Below are positions 19,759 to 30,550 of a DNA stretch of 64,000 nucleotides, piece after piece. The notes under the pieces are model-generated. The model saw only the letters and a program-made list of their open reading frames with translations. It did not search any database and was not told where the DNA came from. Numbering within the stretch: position 1 is the stretch's first letter; each line of letters starts with the position of its first letter. The stretch covers positions 646,410 to 710,409 of the forward strand of contig JAHPZA010000009.1 in assembly GCA_019058445.1 (NCBI GenBank), given 5' to 3'. The position numbers and the translations under genes are program-made. The DNA comes from Promethearchaeota archaeon (lineage in GTDB: Archaea; Asgardarchaeota; Lokiarchaeia; Sigyniarchaeales; SOKP01).

Positions 19759-22700
19759 TTGATCGAATTGGCATACGTTATGGAGGAAATCAAATCCAAA
19801 TTAAATAAACTAAAACTTAAAAGCGAATTTCTAAAAAACAAGATAAATTCAGAATTTAATAAAGATTGTGATGAATTTAAAGCACTTATCGAAGATATAG
19901 AAGATGTACTTGATAGAGTTAATACTGATATGATTAGAGATGATTTTGAACATAAATTGGAATTTGAAGGAACCATTTCTAATATTTTGTCGCGATTTGT
20001 AGGGATTTATGATTATGATAGCGCTATAAATACATCTCTCGCTGATATAGGTGTGCTAAGTGGGGCAAGTCGTAGCTATCTTTTTTTATTCTCTGAAGAT
20101 AATAAAAAAATGAGCAATACCCATGAGTGGTGCTCTGAAGGTGTCTCACCTCAAATTGATTTTCTCCAAAATTTATCAATGGAATATTATCATTGGGCCA
20201 TTGAAAAACTTGAATCTGAAGGAATCATCTATATTAAAGATGTTTCAAAAATACCCATTGAAGCAGAGGCAGAAAGGCAAGAATTCGAGAGGGAGAATAT
20301 TAAATCATTAATAAATATTCCTTTAAAGATTAAAGGAAAACTCTCTGGATTCATTGGTTTTGATAATGTAAGGAAAACAGGAAAATGGGATAAAAGAAAT
20401 TTTGATTTATTACGAGTTTCTTCTCAAATTATTGCCAATGTTATTGAACGCAAACGAGCTGAACAAGAATTAAAAAATCTTAATGAAAAATTAGAGGAAA
20501 CTGTGGAAGAGAGAACAAAAGAATTAAGGGAATCTGAGGAGAAATATCGGTTAATTTCTGAAGACTCAGATGATTTAATAGCAATTTATGATGAAAACTT
20601 TAACATTGAATACCAGAATAAATCTACTCATTCAAGAATCTTAGGGTATGATTCTCATAAACTTAGGAAGAAGAACTTTAGATATTCTATAATACATAAA
20701 GATGATTTTGAAAATTATGTGAATGTTGTAAGAGAAGGGTATAATAAAGGTAATTTTAAACACCAAATTAGATTAAAACAAAAAGATGGGGTTTTTCTAT
20801 GGTTTGAAGTTAGAGGTAAGACTTATTTTGATAAATATCATAGAAAAAAAATTCTAGTCGTCTCAAGAGATATCACAGAAATAAAAAGTGTAGAACAAAA
20901 ATTAAGAGAGTCAGAAAAAAATTTTCGCAATCTTATCAATAATGTTTCAGATGTCATAATGAAAGTTGATTTAGATGGGAAAATCAATTATACAAGTCCA
21001 CAAATTTATGATTTATTCGGTTATGAAGAAAAAGAATTAATTGGATATCATCCATTCGATTTTATTCATCCTGAAGATTTACCCAAATTTGAAAAGTTAA
21101 GGAAAGACGCTCCTAATTATAGAGAATCATATACATTTGAATTTAGGGCAAAACATAAAAAAGGACATTATATATCTATATTCGCAAAAGGAAATATCAT
21201 AAGAGAAAAGGGAAAAGTTAGAATTATTGGAGTATTAAGAGATGTTTCAGAGCAAAAAAAGGCGGAAATCGAGTTACGAGAGAAAACTGCAACTATAGAA
21301 AGTATTTTTCGGGCGGCACCTACTGGTATAGGGATGGTGGTTGATCGAGAAATTAAACAGGTTAATAATCGTTTCTGTGAGCTTGTAGGATACAGTTCTA
21401 ATGAGCTTATTGGAAAAAATGCTAAAATAGTATACGCTTCCGAAAAAGATTATGATTATGTGGGAAAAGAAAAATATGATCAGATAAAAGAACATGGAAT
21501 AGGGACTGTCGAAACACAATTTAAACGAAAAGATGGAAAAATTATTGATGTGTTACTTAGTTCTGTTCCAATTAATCCTAAAGATCTCTCAGCAGGGGTT
21601 ACTTTTACAGCATTAGATATTACTAAACGTAAAAAAATAGAAGATAAATTAAGAGATCGTTCAAAAAAATTAGAAATATTAAATAGAATAATCACAGAAA
21701 GTAATAAAGCAAAAGATTTAAGTTTACTTCTGGAGGAAATATTAAGTTCTACCCTTGAATTGATGAATTTTGATGGAGGAGGTATTTACTTAGTTGATAA
21801 GTCCTCTGGAACTGCAGAAATCGTTTGTCATGAAGGATTGTCTTATGATTTTATTAATACTGTTAAAAAAGTGAATATTGATGATCCTCCATATAAAATT
21901 GTGTTTATCCAAGGTCAACCAGTTATAGCTGAAGATTTCCTTGATTTTAGTCCTTTCATCGCAAAGAAGGGGAATATAGTATCTTTAGCAAGTATTCCTT
22001 TAATTGGCAAAGATGGGATTATTGGAGCGTTAAACCTTGCTTCAAAAACTCACCACTATTTTTCAAGGGAAGAAGAAGACATCCTTCAATCAATCGGACG
22101 GGAAACAGGCACAATAATTCAGAAGATTTTAGCCGAACATAAATTAGTCAAAGAAAGAGAAAAAGCAAGTTTATATTTGAATTTAGTTGATGTTATTGTG
22201 GTTACATTGGATATAAAGGGGAATATTAGTTTATTAAACAAAAAAGGATATGATATCCTTGAATATGAAGAAGGTGAGTTAATTGGAAAGAATTGGTTTG
22301 AAAATTGCATTCCACCAGACAAGCGAGATGGAATACTTGAATATTTTAAGGGGCTTATGAGTGGTGAAATCAATGTGATCCCATTCTATGAAAATCCAGT
22401 CTATACAAAAAATGGAAATGAAAAGTTAATATCATGGTCAACAATAATTCTTAAGGATAAAAGCGAAAATATAATTGGGTCATTGAGTTCGGGACAAGAT
22501 ATCACTGAACGCAGAAAGGCTGAAGAAAATTTAAGAGAATCTGAAGAAAAATATCGACATTTATTTGAAAGTTCTCCTCATGCCATAATTTTAACCAATA
22601 AAGAAGGAATAGTAAAAGATTTTAATATGGCAACAATTAAGATGTTTGGATATAGGAAAGATGAGGTTATTGGTAAAAATTACACCGACTTGAGAACTTT

Positions 22701-23658
22701 TACTCCTGATCAGATGTCATATTTCATAAAAACATATAAAAAGCTTCGCCAAGGGATTGAAACTAAACCAACTGAACTTAAAGTAAGAAAAGAAGATGGA
22801 ACCATTATATGGATAAATTATCACAGTTCTATGATTGTTTTAGATGGAAAGATATTAATTGAGTCTATCGCACAAGATATCACAGAAAAGAAAAAAGCAG
22901 AAGAATTAATAAAAGAAGAAGTTAAAAAACTAAAAGAATTAGACCAGATTAAGACAGATTTTATTGATAGGGCTTCTCATGAGTTAAAAACCCCATTAAA
23001 CTCTATTTATGGAGCTTCAACTTTTCTTATAGATTATTATAAAGATTTTATAGATGATAAAGCTAAAGATCTGTTGGAGATCATTAAGAAAGGAGGAGAG
23101 AGGTTACTTCAATTAATCGAGGATTTACTTGATGTATCACAATTAGAATCAGGAAGATTACACTTAAAAACTCAAAAAGAAAACATAGTTGAGATAATTT
23201 ATGAATGCGTAAATGATCTGAGATACTTAGCAGAAAAACGTCAATTAAGTTTCAATCTCAAAATCCAAAACGACTATTATTTAGAAGTGGATAAGATTAG
23301 ATTCGAACAGGTTATAACGAACTTGATTTTAAATGCTATCAAAAATACATTACCTAGGGGGATTATTTCTATAGATATGGAAAAGCATGAAGCCTCTGTA
23401 GATATATTAATTAAAGATACGGGTGTTGGATTTACTGAGAAAGAAAAGGAAAATGCTTTCAAAAAATTTGGTAAGATTGAAAGATATGGTAAAGGCATGG
23501 ATATTGATACTGAAGGTTCAGGTTTAGGATTGTATATCTCTAAAAAAATAGTCGAATTACATCATGGAAAAATTTGGATCGAATCTGAAGGAAGAAAAAA
23601 AGGATCAAAGGTAATAGTAAAACTTCCTACTAGCCAAGAAAGTTCTATTCTTTATTAG
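19759..23658 (+). CDS. Soluble multi-PAS/GAF sensor histidine kinase
   Basis: GAF (NTHEWC), about 5 PAS/PAC units (DITE.K), a second GAF, H-box SHELKTPL, N-box NLILNAIK, DTGVG and GSGLGL. Confidence 0.93.
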   Translation: MIELAYVMEEIKSKLNKLKLKSEFLKNKINSEFNKDCDEFKALIEDIEDVLDRVNTDMIRDDFEHKLEFEGTISNILSRFVGIYDYDSAINTSLADIGVLSGASRSYLFLFSEDNKKMSNTHEWCSEGVSPQIDFLQNLSMEYYHWAIEKLESEGIIYIKDVSKIPIEAEAERQEFERENIKSLINIPLKIKGKLSGFIGFDNVRKTGKWDKRNFDLLRVSSQIIANVIERKRAEQELKNLNEKLEETVEERTKELRESEEKYRLISEDSDDLIAIYDENFNIEYQNKSTHSRILGYDSHKLRKKNFRYSIIHKDDFENYVNVVREGYNKGNFKHQIRLKQKDGVFLWFEVRGKTYFDKYHRKKILVVSRDITEIKSVEQKLRESEKNFRNLINNVSDVIMKVDLDGKINYTSPQIYDLFGYEEKELIGYHPFDFIHPEDLPKFEKLRKDAPNYRESYTFEFRAKHKKGHYISIFAKGNIIREKGKVRIIGVLRDVSEQKKAEIELREKTATIESIFRAAPTGIGMVVDREIKQVNNRFCELVGYSSNELIGKNAKIVYASEKDYDYVGKEKYDQIKEHGIGTVETQFKRKDGKIIDVLLSSVPINPKDLSAGVTFTALDITKRKKIEDKLRDRSKKLEILNRIITESNKAKDLSLLLEEILSSTLELMNFDGGGIYLVDKSSGTAEIVCHEGLSYDFINTVKKVNIDDPPYKIVFIQGQPVIAEDFLDFSPFIAKKGNIVSLASIPLIGKDGIIGALNLASKTHHYFSREEEDILQSIGRETGTIIQKILAEHKLVKEREKASLYLNLVDVIVVTLDIKGNISLLNKKGYDILEYEEGELIGKNWFENCIPPDKRDGILEYFKGLMSGEINVIPFYENPVYTKNGNEKLISWSTIILKDKSENIIGSLSSGQDITERRKAEENLRESEEKYRHLFESSPHAIILTNKEGIVKDFNMATIKMFGYRKDEVIGKNYTDLRTFTPDQMSYFIKTYKKLRQGIETKPTELKVRKEDGTIIWINYHSSMIVLDGKILIESIAQDITEKKKAEELIKEEVKKLKELDQIKTDFIDRASHELKTPLNSIYGASTFLIDYYKDFIDDKAKDLLEIIKKGGERLLQLIEDLLDVSQLESGRLHLKTQKENIVEIIYECVNDLRYLAEKRQLSFNLKIQNDYYLEVDKIRFEQVITNLILNAIKNTLPRGIISIDMEKHEASVDILIKDTGVGFTEKEKENAFKKFGKIERYGKGMDIDTEGSGLGLYISKKIVELHHGKIWIESEGRKKGSKVIVKLPTSQESSILY

Positions 23659-23665
23659 GATCCTT

Positions 23666-24409
23666 TTAATTTAGAAGATTAAATAGCATATCAAAATCTG
23701 AGAAATCAAAAGGTTTTAGTATAAATCCATTTGCTCCTGTTTCCGCTATTTTTTTTGAAACCTCTGCTTCGGGGATTGCAGTAATGTAATAAACTGGGAC
23801 ATTTTTTAGGTTCTCATCATCCTTCATTTTTTTGCATATATCATACCCACTTATATCAGGTAACATAATATCTAATAAAACTAATTTGGGTATCGAACGG
23901 TTTAATTCTTCTATTGCCCTATTACCTGTAGTAACCCCTAAAGAAGAATAGCCTTTTATTTCTAGAAAATCAGTTAAAACCAAACTTGTGGATGTATCAT
24001 CTTCAACTATTAAAATGTCATATTGAGAGCTTTCAGGTTCCATACCTGTTAAAAATTCATTGATCTTATTTTCAAGAAATACACTTTGGGCATAAATTTT
24101 GTGCATAAAATTCAAAATTTTTGAATCCATTTTCTCTGAATAATTTTCAAGAATTAATTGTGAAAATCCCTTAATTGAGGTTAAAGGTTCTTTTAAATCA
24201 TGAGATAATTTTGAGAAGTTTTCAATATAAGCAATTTTATCTTGAGAATCGATATAAAAATTTACTGATTTTCTAATCAAATTTGAAATGGTTGTAAGTT
24301 TCGTACTTTCTACAAATTTTTCCCATTTATTCTTTGTTTTTCCTGAAACTAATATACCAATTCTTTTTATTTCTTCAGTATCTTTTCCATTTATGGTAAT
24401 ATTAATCAC
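23666..24409 (-). CDS. Response regulator with N-terminal RHH-like and HisKA segments
   Basis: SHDLKEPLTSIKGF (HisKA) followed by a receiver domain (ILIVEDD, LLDIMLP, ITA, KPF); no HATPase domain. Confidence 0.85.
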   Translation of the reverse strand: MINITINGKDTEEIKRIGILVSGKTKNKWEKFVESTKLTTISNLIRKSVNFYIDSQDKIAYIENFSKLSHDLKEPLTSIKGFSQLILENYSEKMDSKILNFMHKIYAQSVFLENKINEFLTGMEPESSQYDILIVEDDTSTSLVLTDFLEIKGYSSLGVTTGNRAIEELNRSIPKLVLLDIMLPDISGYDICKKMKDDENLKNVPVYYITAIPEAEVSKKIAETGANGFILKPFDFSDFDMLFNLLN

Positions 24410-24501
24410 TTTCTTTATGATTATTTCTCAATATAAATTACATCATATTCATTTTTTAAGGTTAATATTTTTTTATGATAGACTTAATTAAATAATAGAA
24501 A

Positions 24502-24532
24502 TCATTGCCGAAGGTTTATCCTTCGGCAATGA
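24502..24532. repeat. Perfect 13-bp inverted repeat (hairpin)
   Basis: TCATTGCCGAAGG-TTTAT-CCTTCGGCAATGA, about 90 nt upstream of the response regulator. Confidence 0.85.
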
Positions 24533-25087
24533 GCTGGGGATATTTGTGGTTAATTTTATTTAGTATTTGCAAAAAATTTCAATATAACCCTCAATTCTAA
24601 TAGGAAATAAGATTTATCATCCATAGCTCTATTTACTTTAATCAAATTATAGTCTTTGTTAGTTTTGATAATAATTAATGAATGTTTAAAAAAAATGGTA
24701 AGAAATAATAATGATTATCTTCTCTCCATTTATTTGAAATATTTAATTACATTTTATGTTATTTTTAATACTTAATAATTTTCTTGAGAGTTATACTAAT
24801 ATTTTGAGATCCTAATGATAATATTAGTATTTAAATTTACTCATTTATGACTATTACATATAGTGGAAAATTATATATATACTAATTTGTATTTAAAAGA
24901 CAAACATTTAAAAATATGTGCAATATTTTAAAATAAGTAAAGTTTAATTTGTATAATTGTAAAAAATTGTATAATAGATCTAACCAAAAGATTTTCCATT
25001 GTTGAAAATCATTAATAAAAATTAATTTAGGGTTGACAGAGAAAGTAGAAAATTTGAATAATATTAGGTAAAAAAGGTGATTTTAAA

Positions 25088-25978
25088 ATGGATATGGCTT
25101 ATAAAGAATTTAATACATATGATAGATGTCCCGAATGTAACGGAAATGTTTTAGTTGTTAAAGAAAGAGGTGAAAGAACTTGTTGCCAATGCGGATTAAT
25201 TATAAATGAAAAAGAGTTTGATTATGTTTATAATGAAAAAATTATGTTTAATCGCGAAATTAAGTTAACAAATGCAAGGAATGGTCAAATTATCACTCCT
25301 CTATTGCCGGACATATCTTTATGTACTCGTATAGAAAAGAAAGAGATTTACAATACTAATTTAAAACGAGCTGTTAAAAGGGACAAGTATTTGCGCTGGG
25401 AGAAGAAAAATTTATTAATTGCTATTACAGAATTAAAGAGAATTTGTTATAACTTAAGCTTGCCTGATCACATTGTAAAAGAAGCATTTAAGCTCTACAA
25501 GCGAGCATATAAAAAAAATTTAGTAAAAGGAAGAACAATCGTAGGTATTGTTGCAGCGTGCATCTATTGTACTTGCAAAAAGGAAACTTCTTCGAGAACA
25601 TTTCAGGATATTCTAAGCCAATCATCTGTGAATCAAAAATCATTAAAATACTGTATAAGGACATTAGCAGAGGCCTTTAAGCTAACTATTTCACTTTCTA
25701 ATCCAATTAATATGATACCTCAATTTATAGCTGAATTGGGGCTGAGTTATGAAGTTGAGAAACTGACAATTAAGGTATTAGATTCTTATCTAAAGAGAGG
25801 GCTTTTAAATGGCAAAAATCCTAAGGGATTATGCGGTGGAGCCATTTATATGTGCGCAAAATTTAAAAATCAAAAGATTAACCAGAAAAGAATAGGAGAA
25901 GTTGTAGGAGTTGCTGAGGCCACACTTAGAAACCAATACAAAGAACTTCTAAATACTCTTGATTTTACTTATGCATGA
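25088..25978 (+). CDS. tfb: Transcription initiation factor IIB paralogue
   Basis: Zn ribbon CPEC...CCQCG, two cyclin folds (KGRTI...AACIY and GKNPKGL..GAIY) and the HTH GVAEATLRN; SD-like AGGTGA at 25075-25080. Confidence 0.9.
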   Translation: MDMAYKEFNTYDRCPECNGNVLVVKERGERTCCQCGLIINEKEFDYVYNEKIMFNREIKLTNARNGQIITPLLPDISLCTRIEKKEIYNTNLKRAVKRDKYLRWEKKNLLIAITELKRICYNLSLPDHIVKEAFKLYKRAYKKNLVKGRTIVGIVAACIYCTCKKETSSRTFQDILSQSSVNQKSLKYCIRTLAEAFKLTISLSNPINMIPQFIAELGLSYEVEKLTIKVLDSYLKRGLLNGKNPKGLCGGAIYMCAKFKNQKINQKRIGEVVGVAEATLRNQYKELLNTLDFTYA

Positions 25979-26164
25979 GATTATAAACAATTTATCTAAA
26001 TAGCATCTCTTTTAAGTTTATAAAAAATCAAAACCCTTTAACTGATGACATAAGTTTAAATTTATTTTCTCTATTTTTATTTCAAGAAATTGTTTTAAAT
26101 GCATAAATAAAATCACTTCTTAAGACAAGTCTGCTCAAATTTATATTTAATATCTGCTGGATTA

Positions 26165-27805
26165 TTGTTCATGTCGTTAGAAAATCGCTTAAATTTTGAA
26201 AAAGTGGTCTCTAGAATTTCAGCCCGCTTCGTAGGTAATATACATTTTGATGAGGCTATTGATTCTTCTATTGAAGATATGGGAAATTTATCAAAAGCAA
26301 CTTACATTCTCTATTATTCTCTCGAAAAAGGTATATTTAAGAATACTCATAAATGGTATATAAAGGGTGCAAATTCATTAAAAAAGTCTATTAAAGAGAT
26401 CTCAGTAAATGATTTTTCTTGGTGCTTAGGACAATTCGATAAATATAGTTTCGTTTTAATTAGAGATGTCACTAAGCTTCAAGAGGGTGCTAAAGCCATC
26501 AAAACTATACTAGAAGCCCATAACATTAAATCCTTCCTAGCTTTTCCTGTTAAAATGAGCAATAAGGTGATCGGATTTATAAGCTTTAATCATGTATTGA
26601 AAACGATTGAGTGGAGAGGAAAGGATTTTGCAATATTACGCTTATTTTCTGAGCTACTCGGTAAAGCTTTAGAACTCAAACAGGCAGATTTAGAACTTCA
26701 TTTGAAAGAGGGATTATTAAGAGCTATATTTGAATCAACAGCAGAAGGTTTATTAACTGTGGATGAAAATGGAAAGATCACACACACTAATGTTCGATTC
26801 AACTATATGTGGCGAATACCAAATGATGTTCTTAATAAGGGAAATGCAAATGCTTTATTTGATTATACTCTTAACCAATTGGAAGACCCCGAAACATTCA
26901 TATCAAAAATAGCTATTCTATCTAATTCATCAGAAATTATTTTTGATATGATATTTTTTAAGGACCATCGCGTTTTTGATTGTTATTCTTGTCCCTTAAT
27001 TTTTGAAGGTAAAATAAAAGGAAGAGTTTGGAGCTTTAGAGACATCACAGAATTCGTGCACGCAGAGAAAATGCTTCGAAAATCAGAAAAACAGTATAAA
27101 AATGCCTATGATCGTGCGAATTTTTATAAAGATTTATTTACTCATGACATGAATAACATTCTTCACAATATTAAGTCTTCTGTTGAGCTATTTTCGATAC
27201 TTAAAAATCAACCAGAAAAGAAACAAGAATTAGATGAATTAAATCATATTATAGAAAGACAATGTATTAGGGGAACAAAATTAGTAAATAATGTTCGGAA
27301 ATTATCTGAACTTGATACTAAGGAAATTATCTTAAAACCAGTTAATATTTTTGAAGTATTAAATGATGCCATAAAATATTTTGATAAAAATTCGCATGAG
27401 AAAAAGATAAATGTTAATGTTAAAGTTCCAGATAAAGATTTGTTAGTTCAGGCAAATGAGTTATTATTGGATGTTTTTGAAAATATTTTAAATAATGCTG
27501 TTAAATATACTGATAATCCTATCGTGGACATTAATGTTGTTGTTTCAAAAGAACAACTTAATGGTTATATATATATAAAAACCATGCTTATTGATAAAGG
27601 AATCGGGATTTCTGATAATCAAAAAGAGCTAATTTTTAAAGGGGGATTTAGGACAGACCAAAACATTAGAGGAATGGGATTAGGATTATCCCTGGTGAAA
27701 AATATAATAGAAAGCTATAAAGGTCAAATTTGGGTTGAGGATCGAGTTAAAGGTGATTATAGGAAAGGAAGCAATTTTGTGGTTTTAATCCCCGAATCAA
27801 ACTAA
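26165..27805 (+). CDS. GAF-PAS sensor histidine kinase
   Basis: GAF, PAS (GRVWSFRDIT), H-box THDMNNIL, NILNNAVKY, DKGIGI and GMGLGL. Confidence 0.9.
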   Translation: MFMSLENRLNFEKVVSRISARFVGNIHFDEAIDSSIEDMGNLSKATYILYYSLEKGIFKNTHKWYIKGANSLKKSIKEISVNDFSWCLGQFDKYSFVLIRDVTKLQEGAKAIKTILEAHNIKSFLAFPVKMSNKVIGFISFNHVLKTIEWRGKDFAILRLFSELLGKALELKQADLELHLKEGLLRAIFESTAEGLLTVDENGKITHTNVRFNYMWRIPNDVLNKGNANALFDYTLNQLEDPETFISKIAILSNSSEIIFDMIFFKDHRVFDCYSCPLIFEGKIKGRVWSFRDITEFVHAEKMLRKSEKQYKNAYDRANFYKDLFTHDMNNILHNIKSSVELFSILKNQPEKKQELDELNHIIERQCIRGTKLVNNVRKLSELDTKEIILKPVNIFEVLNDAIKYFDKNSHEKKINVNVKVPDKDLLVQANELLLDVFENILNNAVKYTDNPIVDINVVVSKEQLNGYIYIKTMLIDKGIGISDNQKELIFKGGFRTDQNIRGMGLGLSLVKNIIESYKGQIWVEDRVKGDYRKGSNFVVLIPESN

Positions 27806-28001
27806 TTTTCTGAATCTTATTATCCATTCTTAAAAATTTAATCTGAAACATACATTTTTTAATTATTTGAAACAACAAACTTGAAATCGGTTTTTAAAAA
27901 CCATTTTTTAAAAATAAACCCAGAGTTTAATTAGCTTGGTATATTTATAATATTGAGAAAGAAAAAATTGGAAGAATTAGAAGTATATTGTAGTGAAATA
28001 A

Positions 28002-29153
28002 TTGAATTTTAAAGAATTAGGTATTAAACGCATTGAAACTATCAATGCTTTAAATGAATTAAACATAACTTATCCTACACCTGTCCAAGAACAGGCAATT
28101 CCTTTGATTTTGGGGGGTCATAATATTATGGCTCAGTCTAAAACAGGAACTGGGAAGACGTTAGCTTTTGTTATACCAATAATTGAGAGATTATCCTTTC
28201 AATCTAATGAAGCATTAATTTTAGTCCCAACTCGGGAACTTGCAAAGCAGGTTAATAATGTTGTTAAGGATCTAGGAAATAGCAAAATAAAGTCGCAAAC
28301 TGTATACGGGGGCGTCTCAATAAATAATCAAATTCGAAAACTAGAACAAGGAATACACATTATTGTTGGAACACCTGGGAGAATTATTGATTTATACAAA
28401 AGGAGAAAATTAAATTTAGCTAACATTAAATTTGTAGTGTTAGATGAGGGTGATAGGCTCTGGGATATGGGTTTTGCTCCAGATGTCAAATACATATTAA
28501 ACCAAATCAAGTCTAAATATCAATTCATGTTATTTTCAGCCACATTGGATTATGATATGAGGGAATTAGTGAAGAAATACTCTAAAAATAAATTTGATTT
28601 TCTCAATTTAAGCAGAGATGATCTAACCGTTAAAAACACACTACAGTTTTATTATTTAATTGATAGATTTGAACAGAAATTCAAAACATTTTTGGAGATT
28701 TTAAGAAAAGAAAGGCCAAAACATGCACTTGTATTTGTTAATACAAAAAAAACGGCTAATTGGCTATTTAATAGATTAAAATCAAATAAAGGGAATCATA
28801 ATAAAATTGGATTAATTTCAGGTAATTTATCCCAATTTCAACGTGAAAAAATTCTAAAGGAATATCGAGATCACAAAATTAACATGCTCATAGCTACTGA
28901 TGTGGCAGCAAGAGGTTTAGATATTGAGAATATATCTCACGTTTTTAACTATGATGTTCCTAAATTTCCTGAGAATTACGTTCACAGGATAGGTAGAACA
29001 TCCCGTATGAATAAAAGAGGTATAGCAATTACTCTCTGTCTAAAGGACGAGTATGAGTACCTGTGTCATATAGAGGGTTTAATAGATAAGGAGATAAGAC
29101 TGAAAACTCTTGAAAGTCAAAAACGCGCAAGGCACAGATTTACTATTTATTAG
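28002..29153 (+). CDS. DEAD-box RNA helicase (DEGD variant)
   Basis: Q motif PTPVQ, TGTGKT, PTRELA, TPGR, DEGD, SAT, ARGLD and HRIGRTSR. Confidence 0.93.
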   Translation: MNFKELGIKRIETINALNELNITYPTPVQEQAIPLILGGHNIMAQSKTGTGKTLAFVIPIIERLSFQSNEALILVPTRELAKQVNNVVKDLGNSKIKSQTVYGGVSINNQIRKLEQGIHIIVGTPGRIIDLYKRRKLNLANIKFVVLDEGDRLWDMGFAPDVKYILNQIKSKYQFMLFSATLDYDMRELVKKYSKNKFDFLNLSRDDLTVKNTLQFYYLIDRFEQKFKTFLEILRKERPKHALVFVNTKKTANWLFNRLKSNKGNHNKIGLISGNLSQFQREKILKEYRDHKINMLIATDVAARGLDIENISHVFNYDVPKFPENYVHRIGRTSRMNKRGIAITLCLKDEYEYLCHIEGLIDKEIRLKTLESQKRARHRFTIY

Positions 29154-29222
29154 ATAATCTATCCCTATCAATTAAAATTTCGTAATAAAAATCTTTTAAA
29201 ATTAAGATTTAAATTACTAATT

Positions 29223-29846
29223 ATGGCAGAAGAGAGAAAGTTTATAGATAAACTTTTAGACATCCTTCCAGGAGGAATATATGGAATACTATCCCTCATT
29301 GCAAGAATTTCAGGTGATTTTATAGCTTTTCTTTTTTTCCCGGGATATAGTATTTTTAATAATATGGTAAGTGACTTAGGAGTGGGCGAAGGAGGAATTT
29401 TTTTTAGTTTAGGATTAATCATATCTGGAATCATCTGTGTTCCATTTTATATTACACTTGCAAGGTCACTTAAGAGCGAAGAAATTAGTGAAAAATCGAT
29501 AAAAACAGGATTAATCTTTTTTTACATTTCTGATATTGCTTATATTCTTGTAGGTTTTTTTCCCTCCATTGAAGAAAATTATATTATTTATACGACTCAT
29601 GGGGTTTTAGCAGTTATCAGTTGGCTTACAGGAATAGTCTATTTAATAACTTTCAGTAAATTAATGCTTAAACATGATAATTATACAAAATTACCAGCGT
29701 ATTCTGGATTTTTTTTGATAGGTTTTATGCTTCTATTTCTGTTTACGTGGATTCCTATTTTAGAATGGGTAATGACATTTGCGTTTATTAGTTGGTTAAT
29801 AATAATTTCATGTTATGTACGTTATAACAGATTAGATGAAATATAA
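29223..29846 (+). CDS. DUF998 (Frag1-like) membrane protein, copy 1
   Basis: FPGYS..NNMVSDLG, G.FP, conserved H and C-terminal EW. Confidence 0.75.
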   Translation: MAEERKFIDKLLDILPGGIYGILSLIARISGDFIAFLFFPGYSIFNNMVSDLGVGEGGIFFSLGLIISGIICVPFYITLARSLKSEEISEKSIKTGLIFFYISDIAYILVGFFPSIEENYIIYTTHGVLAVISWLTGIVYLITFSKLMLKHDNYTKLPAYSGFFLIGFMLLFLFTWIPILEWVMTFAFISWLIIISCYVRYNRLDEI

Positions 29847-29884
29847 TCATAATTTTTAAAATTCAGAATTCAATCTTATAACTT

Positions 29885-30550
29885 ATGGATAAACCTACTA
29901 AATTAATAGACAAAATTCTCGAAGTTATACCTGGAGGAATATTTGGATTATTATCTGTAGTCAGCATAATTTTAGGAGAATTATTTGCATTCTTGCTATT
30001 TCCGGGATATAACATTTTTAATAACATGATCTCTGATCTTGGAGTTGGAAAAGGAGGGATTTTTTTTAATTTAGGCTTAATAATATCCGGTATAATTATA
30101 ATCCCCTATTATATACACCTCGCAAAATCCATAAAAGGTGAAAATATTAAGGAAGATCTCAGGAGATATGCAATATTAGCAGCAATTCTTTCTTGCATAA
30201 CATTTTCCCTGCTGGGTATGTTTCCGGCTATAGAGGATAATATAATTATTTATTACGCTCATGGTATTTTGGCAACGATTAGCATTGCTAGCGGATTAGG
30301 GTATTTATTATTGTATAGCATTTTGATGTATAAAGCCCAAAACTATTCGAAATCCCAAGCGTACCATGGGTTTGTTGTTGCAGTACTATACGCTGCGTTT
30401 CTTCTTACATGGATACCTCTAGTTGAGTGGGTGATGAATCTGGCGATACTAAGCTGGATAACAATAAATTCTATATATTTGTTATATTTAAACAAGCAAG
30501 AAAAACTAACTTTTAAAGATAAACTGGTAAATAATGAAAAAATTGGATAA
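29885..30550 (+). CDS. DUF998 (Frag1-like) membrane protein, copy 2
   Basis: FPGYN..NNMISDLG...FFN.GL, H and EW; clear paralogue of copy 1. Confidence 0.75.
   Translation: MDKPTKLIDKILEVIPGGIFGLLSVVSIILGELFAFLLFPGYNIFNNMISDLGVGKGGIFFNLGLIISGIIIIPYYIHLAKSIKGENIKEDLRRYAILAAILSCITFSLLGMFPAIEDNIIIYYAHGILATISIASGLGYLLLYSILMYKAQNYSKSQAYHGFVVAVLYAAFLLTWIPLVEWVMNLAILSWITINSIYLLYLNKQEKLTFKDKLVNNEKIG

Noticed and set aside
19400-27805. Integrated element at tRNA-Gly
   Set aside because: No integrase and no duplicated tRNA 3' end were seen, and the tRNA 3' end faces EF-2p rather than this block.
28002-29153. DEGD instead of DEAD as a sign of inactivation
   Set aside because: The catalytic D-E pair and all other helicase motifs are intact, so this is a tolerated variant.
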